Positions 20,770-30,077 of a stretch of 64,000 nucleotides of DNA are shown here, one piece after another. The DNA is taken from assembly GCA_964248365.1 (NCBI GenBank), contig CAXTYC010000004.1, forward strand, positions 204,453-268,452, in the 5' to 3' direction. A program made the position numbers and the translations under genes. The notes below the pieces were generated by a model. The model made no database searches. It was not told where the DNA came from and saw only the letters and a program-made list of their open reading frames with translations. Within the stretch, counting starts at the first letter, position 1; each line of letters begins with the position of its first letter. The stretch comes from an uncultured Chroococcidiopsis sp. GTDB taxonomy: Bacteria > Cyanobacteriota > Cyanobacteriia > Cyanobacteriales > Chroococcidiopsidaceae.

Positions 20770-22035
20770 TTAAGACACACTGACAAGATTGCGCTGCAAA
20801 TAATGCTTCAGTTGATAGTGCAAGCCTTTATGCTGTCGCCGCAAGCTATCGAGACGCAGACGCAGATCAGCGATCGCCACCTCAATCTTCACTTTTGACC
20901 AGCGCCTACACCATATTCCCTCTTCTTGCTGGCGCTGTTCCACCCGTTCCCACAACAGCCCAAATGTATGAGGTTGTAATAATTCTGACATCAGCCATTG
21001 ACGGGGTACACCCAAAGCGTTTGCCAAGGGTGCAATGTCTATATAACTCGGTTGAGAGTCGTTGAGGATGCGCCACCAAAGTACCCTCAGTTGATGACGT
21101 GCTTGCAAACGAGTTTCAATCTCAGCCGCAGACTCAACCATAAACGCCTGATTTTGTCGTCCCATCGCTGACCATTCATTTAGCTGGTTGGCTAAGCCGA
21201 TGTTTGTTCGTCCTGTTTTTCGTGCTGAGGTAGTCACTCGCACAAGCGGACTATGGCGAAAACGAGCATTGACGCGAACTAAAGAATGGTAAAACGCCAC
21301 GTCTTCGGGAGTTCGTACAGCTGGCATACCCCCCGCCTGTTTGTACATCTCGGCTGTCACTGCTAGACTGGCTCCATAGTGTTGATAGTGCCGAGGGAAA
21401 ACATCGTAAGGATCGGCATCAAGATAAGTTTCTAATTCTGCTATCAGGTAGCGATAACCAACCTCGCGTAAATGGCAAGCTCTGGTGTAGGGATCTAAGG
21501 CGGCGCGACCAGCGCGATCTGTTATAATTCTTCCACCTACGGCATCTGCACCGTTGGCAATTTCGTGTATTGTGGCGGCGATCCAGGTAGGTGCAACCTG
21601 CGTATCTCCATCTGTTGAGGCAATTATTCCCTGTGTGCGTCCTAGCACCATCAGACGACGATAGGCTTCGTCCATCAAAATTTGTCGCACTCGACCAATA
21701 TAAGCTTGTGTAGCGGGTAGTGTCTTTTCGACTATATGTAATGTTATAGGATGCCCCGCAAAACGACGCGCGATCGCCGCACTGTCATCACTACAGTTAT
21801 TCGCTAGCAAAATAATTTCGTATCTGGTTGGATCGAAAGGCTGTCCTTGCAAGTCTGTCTGGTGAGAAAGCGCAGCTAGTGTGCTTTCCAAGTTTTCCGC
21901 CTCATTCCGCACTGGGACAATTACACACACTTCACAGCGAGGCGAGGGAGGAGTTTGAACTAACGGTTCGATAAAGACTCTATGTGGCGACTCATTTGTC
22001 AAGTCAGCAGCTATCCTCAAGCAATCACTTCCCAT
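20770..22035 (-). CDS. GT2 family glycosyltransferase
   Basis: VIVPVRNE, NNCSDDS, STDGDT (DxD), GASLAV, PEDVAF, VTTSAR. Confidence 0.88.
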   Translation of the reverse strand: MGSDCLRIAADLTNESPHRVFIEPLVQTPPSPRCEVCVIVPVRNEAENLESTLAALSHQTDLQGQPFDPTRYEIILLANNCSDDSAAIARRFAGHPITLHIVEKTLPATQAYIGRVRQILMDEAYRRLMVLGRTQGIIASTDGDTQVAPTWIAATIHEIANGADAVGGRIITDRAGRAALDPYTRACHLREVGYRYLIAELETYLDADPYDVFPRHYQHYGASLAVTAEMYKQAGGMPAVRTPEDVAFYHSLVRVNARFRHSPLVRVTTSARKTGRTNIGLANQLNEWSAMGRQNQAFMVESAAEIETRLQARHQLRVLWWRILNDSQPSYIDIAPLANALGVPRQWLMSELLQPHTFGLLWERVEQRQQEEGIWCRRWSKVKIEVAIADLRLRLDSLRRQHKGLHYQLKHYLQRNLVSVS

Positions 22036-22120
22036 AGCATTCCTTTTTCCATGCCAAAGGAAACTGCCAAAGCGTATTGGGGCTAAACATTTCAGATTCT
22101 TAAAATTTCTTTGTTAAATT

Positions 22121-22165
22121 ATTGTGTATCTATCATCACATACTGTAAATCTATCTACTGATGGA
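22121..22165 (-). promoter_or_regulatory. Putative 16-bp activator box plus -10 element upstream of GT2
   Basis: TCTATC-TACT-GATGGA (22150-22165); on the minus strand CACAAT follows after 23 nt. Confidence 0.5.
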
Positions 22166-22631
22166 TTTTTTGTAAATTTGTTACTTTAGAAGTCATATTT
22201 CACCGAAAAATTTCGGTACTCGAACACTAATAAAACACTCGTAAGTCTTTCTAGGGTATAGTAAACTGAGATTTTGATTTATCTTAAATAAAGATTATAA
22301 AAGTTTTAATTAATACCAGTACTGCTTTTGCGTAGGCATTGCCCACCTGAAGATATCGTCTTTAGGTCGAAAGGGCGATCGCGCAATTCTTGAGCTTTGC
22401 GGTGTAGCTGTGCTTCCCGCAAAACTCGCGTGGCAAATCTAACTTTTATTAGATGCAACAAATTTACACTTGCTATTAATCCTTACATATACAACGGGTA
22501 TAAGCGCTGGTTTATCAGCCCTTAAGTGGTGTCTTGGGTTCAATTTACTAGCAATTTTTCCCTAGGGTAGCGATCTTATGCTCAAATATCTACAATACAA
22601 ACACACAAGCCCAAATAAGAAGGTTTAAATC

Positions 22632-23429
22632 ATGACAAAGCAATCAATTGATTATGAAGCTTTAAACGATCAAAAACAATTTTATAATTCCAGGTTTCAA
22701 GAAGGATATATGCAAGACTTCTCGGATTTATTTGAGTCTTGTAGATTAATAGCCATGAAAGCCATACTAAAGCAAGTGAAAGCAAGTGGTTTCAATCCAA
22801 GTACTGCATTAGACTATGGTTGTGGCGAAGGACGTTACATAGAATTATTAAATGAGTTTTTTCCGTCAACTACAATTTATGGCAGTGATATATCAGATAC
22901 AGCCTTACAAATAGCATCTACAAAATATCCATCTGGTAAATATCTTACTATGTCAGATGAAACTGTAAATCTTGAAGATAATTATTTTGATTTAATCATC
23001 TCGATAGAAGTGCTTGAACACGTTAGAAATGTAGAAAAATCTATTCAAGAAATCGGGAGATTACTAAAACCTGAAGGAATGGTAATCATCTCTACACCTT
23101 GCGCTAACAAATATTCTTTTGAATGGATTCAAAATCGCTTGACAGGTGGATTACAACCATCCTTTGATGGCTATGGTCGTTTTGCTACAGATGAACCTGC
23201 TCATCTGCGAAGACTAAATGATGCACACCTTAAGTCACTATTTTCTCAAGCTGGCATAGATATTTATAAAGTATATCATCGCGCCCATTTATTCGAGACG
23301 CTCGTACCAAAAGGTAGGACATTTAGATTAATGCCAAAAGTTTGTGTAGGGTTGGGAATGCTCGACTGGTATTTATTTAAACATTTTTCTAATGGCTCAA
23401 CTATGATTGCTTTGGGGAAAAAAAGGTAG
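22632..23429 (+). CDS. Class I SAM-dependent methyltransferase
   Basis: LDYGCGEG, FDLIISIEVLEHV, LLKPEG. Confidence 0.88.
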   Translation: MTKQSIDYEALNDQKQFYNSRFQEGYMQDFSDLFESCRLIAMKAILKQVKASGFNPSTALDYGCGEGRYIELLNEFFPSTTIYGSDISDTALQIASTKYPSGKYLTMSDETVNLEDNYFDLIISIEVLEHVRNVEKSIQEIGRLLKPEGMVIISTPCANKYSFEWIQNRLTGGLQPSFDGYGRFATDEPAHLRRLNDAHLKSLFSQAGIDIYKVYHRAHLFETLVPKGRTFRLMPKVCVGLGMLDWYLFKHFSNGSTMIALGKKR

Positions 23430-23464
23430 GAGCATTTGATGAAACGCCCCTACAGCTCATTTTT

Positions 23465-23509
23465 TCACACTAAAGGGTGAGTACCCTTACCCCTATAAAT
23501 TGCCAGAAT
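23465..23509 (+). promoter_or_regulatory. Putative 16-bp activator box plus -10 element upstream of tspO
   Basis: TCACAC-TAAA-GGGTGA, 23 nt, then CAGAAT. Confidence 0.45.
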
Positions 23510-23554
23510 TTCTATATAGGGTTCTGGCTTTTTTGGTAGAGAGGGTAAAAAAAT

Positions 23555-24028
23555 ATGATTCCATCCTGGGTAATAATTGCAGGTGTAACTTTTTTAGTAG
23601 CTTTTGGCGGTGTCTTATTTAAGCCGCGCGATCTCAAGTGGGCTGCAAATTTAGAACGTCCGAAGTGGTTAACTTTTGAGCCTTTGATCCCAGTAATCTG
23701 GACTGTTATTTTTACTTGTGGGGCTGTGTCAGCTTACATAGTTTGGGAAAATGAGCCAGGTAGCCTCAAAACATGGTTATTGATGGCCTTATACTTAATC
23801 TTGGAACTAATTACCGTCTCATATACATCAGTAACGCTAAGATCTCACAGTCTCACAATCGGCACAATTATTGGGGCGGCTGGTGCTATTTTAAGCGTAT
23901 TTCTGACATTCACCGTCTTACCAATTTCTGGTTGGGCAGCAGCTTTACTCGTACCTTATGTAATTTGGAGTCCAATTGGTAGTTATACTACTTGGGAAAT
24001 GATTCGTCTCAATCCAAGTGCAGAGTAA
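23555..24028 (+). CDS. tspO: TspO/MBR family tryptophan-rich sensory protein
   Basis: W..LERPKWL, IPVIWTVIF, LLVPYVIW; 5 TM helices. Confidence 0.88.
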   Translation: MIPSWVIIAGVTFLVAFGGVLFKPRDLKWAANLERPKWLTFEPLIPVIWTVIFTCGAVSAYIVWENEPGSLKTWLLMALYLILELITVSYTSVTLRSHSLTIGTIIGAAGAILSVFLTFTVLPISGWAAALLVPYVIWSPIGSYTTWEMIRLNPSAE

Positions 24029-24233
24029 AAGAGGGGTTAGGGGCTAGAAGCAATGATGAATGCTAACGATTAGTGAGTAGCAACACTCATTGACACGCTA
24101 TGTATTAAAGATCCCAAAAGCTAGAAACCAAAGGAGTAGAGACGTGAAATTTCGCGTCTCTACCTTTCAACTAATAGCTAACAGCGCGCCAGCTAGCAGC
24201 TAATAGCTAATTACGAATTATAGGTAAAGGGGC

Positions 24234-24695
24234 ATGATTAAATCTTGGATGGTGATTGCAGGTGTGACTCTACTGGTGGCGCTTGCTGCTAACATATTTA
24301 CACCAAGCGATCGCCGCTGGTTTCAACGCCTACGTCGCCCCAATTGGTTAACATTTGAAGCGGCTATTCCGCTGATCTGGACTGTTGTTTTTATTTGTGG
24401 TGCTTGGTCAGCTTATAATGTTTGGAAAAATACTAGATCCTGGTATTTAATGGGTTTTTACTTACTCCTAGAAATTGTTACTATTGCCTATACACCTGTG
24501 ATGTTTAGAAGTCGCAGCCTCAAAGTTGGTACAATTATTGGAGGCATCGGTTTTATTATAAGTATTGCATTAGCACTAACTGTATTACCAATTTCCCAGG
24601 TGGCAGCAGCTTTACTTCTGCCTTATTTAATTTGGAGTCCAATTGGTACTTACACCACCTGGGAAATGACCAAACTTAATCCCCATGATGTTTAA
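24234..24695 (+). CDS. tspO: TspO/MBR family protein, tandem paralog
   Basis: WFQRLRRPNWL, IPLIWTVVF, LLLPYLIW. Confidence 0.88.
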   Translation: MIKSWMVIAGVTLLVALAANIFTPSDRRWFQRLRRPNWLTFEAAIPLIWTVVFICGAWSAYNVWKNTRSWYLMGFYLLLEIVTIAYTPVMFRSRSLKVGTIIGGIGFIISIALALTVLPISQVAAALLLPYLIWSPIGTYTTWEMTKLNPHDV

Positions 24696-24820
24696 GGAGG
24701 GGAAAGTGGTAGTTGGTAGTTGGTATTACCAGTTACCAGTTACCCTTATCATGTATAGTTACATAGCAGACAAAATCAGCGCATAATGTTATCAAAGGCA
24801 AGCCCTTTTGGGAGTAACCA

Positions 24821-25609
24821 ATGCCGCAAAATAACAAAATTGCAGTTAAATTTCAGAATGTTTCCTATAGTCAGAACGGGCGATCGCTAGTATCAAATCT
24901 CAATTTCACCATCGGGCAAGGAGAAGTGCTAGCCTTACTAGGACGTAGTGGCAGTGGTAAGACAACGACTATAAAATTAATCAATCGCTTGTTAGTACCC
25001 ACTCAAGGCGAGGTACTATTTGAGGGAGTTCCTACAAGCAAGTGGGATGAAATCAAATTGCGGCGAAAGATCGGCTACGTAATTCAAGAAACTGGCTTAT
25101 TCCCCCATTTTACAGTTGAGCGTAATGTAGGCTTAATCCCCAGTTTAGAAGGTTGGCAACCTAGACAAATTAAAACACGGGTATATGAGCTTTTGCAACG
25201 AGTTGGTTTAGATCCAGATCTATTCGCCAAACGCTATCCCCGCCAACTTTCAGGCGGGCAACGGCAACGAGTTGGTGTTGCAAGGGCATTGGCAGCCGAT
25301 CCACCAGTATTATTGATGGATGAACCCTTTGGCGCACTCGATCCTGTCACTCGTCTGGAAATTCAACAGCAGTTTCGACAGTTGCAACAGCAGTTAGGTA
25401 AAACTGTAGTCTTTGTAACTCACGACATTCAGGAAGCTTTTATTCTTGCTTCTAGAATCGGTATGATGCACTCAGGACAATTGGTAGTGCTAGAAACACC
25501 AGCCCAATTCTTAAAGTCGCCCCACCCAGAGGTACGGGCTTTTGTTAAAGGTTTGCCATCTTTCGCAGTATACAATACAGGGGAAGAAAACGGGTGCGGT
25601 ACAAAATAA
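24821..25609 (+). CDS. Osmoprotectant (glycine betaine/choline-type) ABC transporter ATP-binding subunit
   Basis: GRSGSGKTT, LRRKIGYVIQ, LSGGQRQRVGVARALAADP, MDEPFGALDP. Confidence 0.9.
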   Translation: MPQNNKIAVKFQNVSYSQNGRSLVSNLNFTIGQGEVLALLGRSGSGKTTTIKLINRLLVPTQGEVLFEGVPTSKWDEIKLRRKIGYVIQETGLFPHFTVERNVGLIPSLEGWQPRQIKTRVYELLQRVGLDPDLFAKRYPRQLSGGQRQRVGVARALAADPPVLLMDEPFGALDPVTRLEIQQQFRQLQQQLGKTVVFVTHDIQEAFILASRIGMMHSGQLVVLETPAQFLKSPHPEVRAFVKGLPSFAVYNTGEENGCGTK

Positions 25610-25751
25610 TGATTATGTCACGCATAGACGCGCTAGCGGCTTCTCGCAGAGTAGACGCTAAGGCGCAGGGTAAAGCGAAGGGGAATTTAGCATCTGAAGG
25701 AAGATTTAAGGAAGATCATTGCCATATTGTGCGATCGCCACATAACGGGCA

Positions 25752-26399
25752 ATGAACTTCAGTGATTTTTTCCTGGTGAAGTATGCCCCAGAAATTCTGC
25801 AAGAAACAGGCACTCACTTACTTTTAGTCGGCGTTTCGATTGGGGTTGCTACTCTTGTCGGTATTCCTTTGGGTATTTTGATCACTCGTCAAGCGCAGTT
25901 ACGTAAACCAATTTTGGGTATTGCGAATATCCTGCAAACCATTCCCAGTCTAGCTTTATTTGGTTTTCTGATCTCTGTGCCGCTAATTGGTGGCATTGGG
26001 GCGAAAACGGCGATTATTGCCCTAACTCTGTATTCTCTTTTACCAATTATTCGCAATACTTATACAGGTATTACGAGTGTTGATCCAGCTATCCGCGAAG
26101 CTGCGCGAGGTATGGGTATGACTGATCGACAGCTACTGTTGCAAGTCGAGATTCCTCTAGCATTGGGTATAATTTTGGCTGGTGTCAGGGTAGCGACGGT
26201 AATTGGCATTGGCGTTGCTACCATTGCAGCTGCGATTGGTGCTGGTGGTTTGGGGGTATTTGTTTTTCGGGGTATTGCAATGGTGAATAACGACTTGATT
26301 CTCGCAGGCGCAGTACCCGCAGCAGTATTAGCTATTTTGGCAGATTGGGCGATCGCACTTACACAACAGCGCCTGACAAGATGGGAGAGGAATAAATGA
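25752..26399 (+). CDS. Osmoprotectant ABC transporter permease
   Basis: QTIPSLALFG, LLPIIRNTY, EAARGMGMT, GAGGLG. Confidence 0.9.
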   Translation: MNFSDFFLVKYAPEILQETGTHLLLVGVSIGVATLVGIPLGILITRQAQLRKPILGIANILQTIPSLALFGFLISVPLIGGIGAKTAIIALTLYSLLPIIRNTYTGITSVDPAIREAARGMGMTDRQLLLQVEIPLALGIILAGVRVATVIGIGVATIAAAIGAGGLGVFVFRGIAMVNNDLILAGAVPAAVLAILADWAIALTQQRLTRWERNK

Positions 26400-26430
26400 A
26401 AGGATTGATCAAAGGGTGCGATCGCAATCT

Positions 26431-27120
26431 TTACTCCCCATTCAACTCATCTGGATTAACTCCCAATTCTCGCAGCTTTCGCAGCAGACGTTCTGCCTTC
26501 TCTTGTGCCGCTTCTGCTCTTTCGCGTTCTTGTGCTTCTGCTTCTTCCCAGCTGAGAACTAATTCCCCTTCACTTGTGAAAAACCGCAATTTTTCTGCCA
26601 CAACGCCCAAATACAACTGTAATTCGTCACTCCACAGCCATCCCTGCTCATTTGGAACTATTTGTTCGTAACGGCGGTAATTGAGTTTAAATCCAGCAAA
26701 TTCTAAGCTGTAGGGATCAAACCAAAAATAATCCGGTGTGCGAAAAACATCTTGATATAAATGTTTTTTCAAGCCTCTATCATTTTTGGCTGTCGAGTCT
26801 GAAAGAATCTCCAGAATAAAGTTAGGATACTTGCCATCTTCATTCCAAACTACCCAACTTTTACGCTCTTTGCGCTCTGTGTTTAGAACTACGAAAAAAT
26901 CTGGTCCTCTGACATCTTCTGATTTAAGCTGACGAGTGCTGTAGTAAATGCTCAAATTACCCCCAGCAAAAAAGTCCTGTCGATTTTGCCACAAGCGCTC
27001 TAAACAGGTTAATAGCAGGATAAGTTGTTTTAAATGGCGGTAAGTTTCCAAAGGCGGTTCATCACTCAATAAATCGCTGGGTGGAAAAATTGGGGCATCA
27101 GGTTGACTGCTTTGTACCAT
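26431..27120 (-). CDS. Uma2 (DUF820) family endonuclease
   Basis: SDEPPLETYRH, GPDFFVV, RKSWVVWNEDGKYP, EILS, YFWFDP; coiled-coil tail. Confidence 0.92.
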   Translation of the reverse strand: MVQSSQPDAPIFPPSDLLSDEPPLETYRHLKQLILLLTCLERLWQNRQDFFAGGNLSIYYSTRQLKSEDVRGPDFFVVLNTERKERKSWVVWNEDGKYPNFILEILSDSTAKNDRGLKKHLYQDVFRTPDYFWFDPYSLEFAGFKLNYRRYEQIVPNEQGWLWSDELQLYLGVVAEKLRFFTSEGELVLSWEEAEAQERERAEAAQEKAERLLRKLRELGVNPDELNGE

Positions 27121-27321
27121 ACTTCATAGTCCAGATTGCAGCATTAGGTATATAAATGTTGTTTCTAGTCTAAATGAAATCTATTGTATGGGGAAAAATT
27201 ATACAAAGTCGAAAGTCGAAATTCGGAATTAGAAATTTAAAAAGGTACAGAAATGTATGCCACCCATGCCCACCATGATCGGATTTGGTGGGCAATGCCC
27301 ACCCTACTGTTCACTATATCT

Positions 27322-28227
27322 ATGAAAAGATTTTTTATTTTATGCTTTCTCACTTTTAGTTTAATTCTAGCGATCGCTAGCTGTAACCCTAACGTTTCAT
27401 CAAGTGGTGGCGATATTGTTGTCGCCTCGAAAGATTTCACCGAACAAGATATTTTGGGCGAACTTTTGGCACAGCAAATTGAATCTACCACACAGTTAAA
27501 AGTAGCTCGTCGTCTACACTTAGGCGGTACTTTCGTTTGTCATAAAGCACTCACTGGGGGGCAAATCGATGCTTATATTGAGTACACAGGTACAGCTTTT
27601 ACTACCATTCTCAAACAAAAGCCAATTAGCGATCCAAAAGCTGTTTACCAGCAAGTAAAAGCCGCTTATGCAAAGCAATTCGGCTTAGAAGTTACCCCGC
27701 CTTTGGGCTTTGAAAATACTTTTGCCATGATTATACGCGGTGAAGATGCTAGGAAGTTAAATTTACAAACTATGTCCCAAGCTTCCCAATATACACCCCA
27801 ATGGCAAGCTGGTTTTGGCTATGAGTTTCTCAATCGGGAAGACGGATTTCCAGGTTTAGCTAAAGCCTACAAATTACACTTTACCCGCCCGCCGCGTGTG
27901 ATGGATTTAGGATTGATTTATCGAGCTTTAATTGATAAGCAGGTGGATTTGGTGGCTGGTAATTCAACCGATGCCCAAATCGCCAGATTAGATTTAGCAA
28001 TTCTTCAGGATGATAAGCGGTATTTTCCCCCCTATGAAGCCGCACCGATTGTCCGTCAAGCTACTTTGAAAAAGTACCCACAATTACGACAGGCGATCGC
28101 TTCTCTTGGTGGATTAATTAATCAGCAAGAAATGCGTCGCTTGAATTACCAGGTTGAAGGCGAATTGCGTGATATCAAAGAAGTTGTCCGAGAATTTTTG
28201 CAATCAAAAAGTTTAGAAAAACGTTAA
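27322..28227 (+). CDS. Osmoprotectant ABC transporter substrate-binding lipoprotein
   Basis: Lipobox IASC; SKDFTEQDILGEL, YIEYTGTA, GFENTFA, DDKRYFPPYEA. Confidence 0.9.
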   Translation: MKRFFILCFLTFSLILAIASCNPNVSSSGGDIVVASKDFTEQDILGELLAQQIESTTQLKVARRLHLGGTFVCHKALTGGQIDAYIEYTGTAFTTILKQKPISDPKAVYQQVKAAYAKQFGLEVTPPLGFENTFAMIIRGEDARKLNLQTMSQASQYTPQWQAGFGYEFLNREDGFPGLAKAYKLHFTRPPRVMDLGLIYRALIDKQVDLVAGNSTDAQIARLDLAILQDDKRYFPPYEAAPIVRQATLKKYPQLRQAIASLGGLINQQEMRRLNYQVEGELRDIKEVVREFLQSKSLEKR

Positions 28228-28435
28228 AAAATAGTGCTTGGGGGTTGAGGTGGCGCGAGTTTTCTGATATGATTATTTGATAATGGAAATATGTGCAAAA
28301 TTTTTATAAGCGAACAGACTTCGATTATTAGATAATACACCAAAAGGCGAAGTTAAGATAGTATTCAGAACTACAAAAAATCAATTTTTTTTGATTTACT
28401 CTAGTTCCCAGGCTCAGCCTGGGAACGAGGAGATT

Positions 28436-29914
28436 TTACAAAAGGGGGGCGAAAGTGCCGTGCAACCCATAAGGGACGTGATGCTTGAGATGTAAGCGAG
28501 CGATCGCGCCTTTGTTCAAATCCTTGGCATCCAAAATCACCACATCAGAGCGATCGTGTGCCGCATCGTAGACTAAAGTCAGAATCCAGCCGTCATCCTC
28601 ATCAGTCGAGTTGGGGCGATCAACAAAAACAGGCTCACTGACAAATCCTCGCGGTGCAGCACTCCAAAGTTGCCGGAGTCCAGACTCTAAATCAACTTTG
28701 AGAATAGCTTGCAACGGTGCATTACCAGTAGCACCATGCGCCGCACCCATATATAGATAACGATAAGGTCTTCCCACTCGTTCCTTGTGGACACTAGGAA
28801 ATTCACAGCATCGTTCCTCAATTAATTCCCGCGACACTTTTTTATCCTTGAGGTTGAGATGAAAGCGCCACAGTTGTCCAGGCTTGAGGGCATCAAAATC
28901 AACTTGCTTAAAATCGCTTTCTGGTTCCACCTCTGGAAATGACTCGTAGCAAATTGAATCGACTACTACTTCCTCACCTTGCTCAAAAGCATTGGCATGG
29001 TGGAAGACAAAACCAGAATGAGTTGACAAAATCTGTACTGACTCTTTCGGGTTGCGGGGAATCAAAATTACCCGCGTTGGTTGATGAGGCTGAAACTTGA
29101 TACATTCTGCTGCACCCCGTAAGCCGAATACGAAAGGCAAGGGATTAAAGGCAATAGGATTTTGGAAGAATATGCAGTAATTGGGAGTAATGGCGAAATC
29201 GTGGATAAAAGCAAAGCCTGGAACACTATGGGCATGTTTGCGTACCACCTTACCATCCTGATTTAGTTCAAAAATGGTAATTGTGGTAGATAGACCGACT
29301 TTGATCGAAAAATTGACAAGACAAGGATCGCCCCCATCAGCATCGCAGCTAGGATCAAAGCGGGGATGGGCGGCAAAAGCTTCTCCATCTGCTAGCACCC
29401 CATCAAGCGAATCTTTGCCCAGGGTTTCTAGGGTGTGAGGATCAAGACGATGAGGATCGGCAGCTTCCCACAATGCCAAAAGTTTACCACCCCAATAGAT
29501 AACATTGGTGTTGGCAATGTTTTTGAGTCTCAAGTCAAAGGCATTTGCTAACCAGCCACCAGGCTTTTTCGTGCCGAATACACCGCGATAGAGAATTGTG
29601 CCTGCTTTTTGTTCTTCTAAATAAGCAGCAGTGCGGATAAAGCGGTTACGGAAATGAGCGCGACCATCACGAAAAGCGATCGCGCTAATCATACCATCAC
29701 CATCAAACGGATGGTGAATTCGCTGCCCGTTTACATCTAGCAAACCTGGACCATTGCGAAATAGAGTACCATTCAGTCCTGGGGGAATTGTCCCCTCTAC
29801 GTCATCAATTGGGTAATCAAACTCGTGTTTAAGAGATTCATATCCTTTTTGCCAATCTTCGCGTTGGTATGAATTCGTAGGAACAGATGCTGCACGTTCG
29901 TGAAGTTGAAACAT
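28436..29914 (-). CDS. Carotenoid cleavage oxygenase (apocarotenoid oxygenase-like, RPE65 family)
   Basis: RNGPG, HPFDGDG, four Fe-ligand His (AHP, IHDF, FHH, GLHG), EFP, SEPVF. Confidence 0.92.
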   Translation of the reverse strand: MFQLHERAASVPTNSYQREDWQKGYESLKHEFDYPIDDVEGTIPPGLNGTLFRNGPGLLDVNGQRIHHPFDGDGMISAIAFRDGRAHFRNRFIRTAAYLEEQKAGTILYRGVFGTKKPGGWLANAFDLRLKNIANTNVIYWGGKLLALWEAADPHRLDPHTLETLGKDSLDGVLADGEAFAAHPRFDPSCDADGGDPCLVNFSIKVGLSTTITIFELNQDGKVVRKHAHSVPGFAFIHDFAITPNYCIFFQNPIAFNPLPFVFGLRGAAECIKFQPHQPTRVILIPRNPKESVQILSTHSGFVFHHANAFEQGEEVVVDSICYESFPEVEPESDFKQVDFDALKPGQLWRFHLNLKDKKVSRELIEERCCEFPSVHKERVGRPYRYLYMGAAHGATGNAPLQAILKVDLESGLRQLWSAAPRGFVSEPVFVDRPNSTDEDDGWILTLVYDAAHDRSDVVILDAKDLNKGAIARLHLKHHVPYGLHGTFAPLL

Positions 29915-29918
29915 AACG

Positions 29919-30071
29919 AGGGGCTAGGGGCTAGGGGCTAGGGGCTAGGGTAAAAAGGGGAAAAGGGAAAAGGGAAAAGGGAAAAGGGAAACAATTAAAT
30001 ATTCTGACTCCTGACTTCTGACTTCACAACTTCACAACTTCACAACTCCACAACTCCACAACTCCTGACTT
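29919..30071. repeat. Mixed STRR-type tandem repeats
   Basis: (GGGGCTA)n, (GGGAAAA)n, CTGACTY and TTCACAAC/TCCACAAC arrays. Confidence 0.8.
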
Positions 30072-30077
30072 CCGAAT

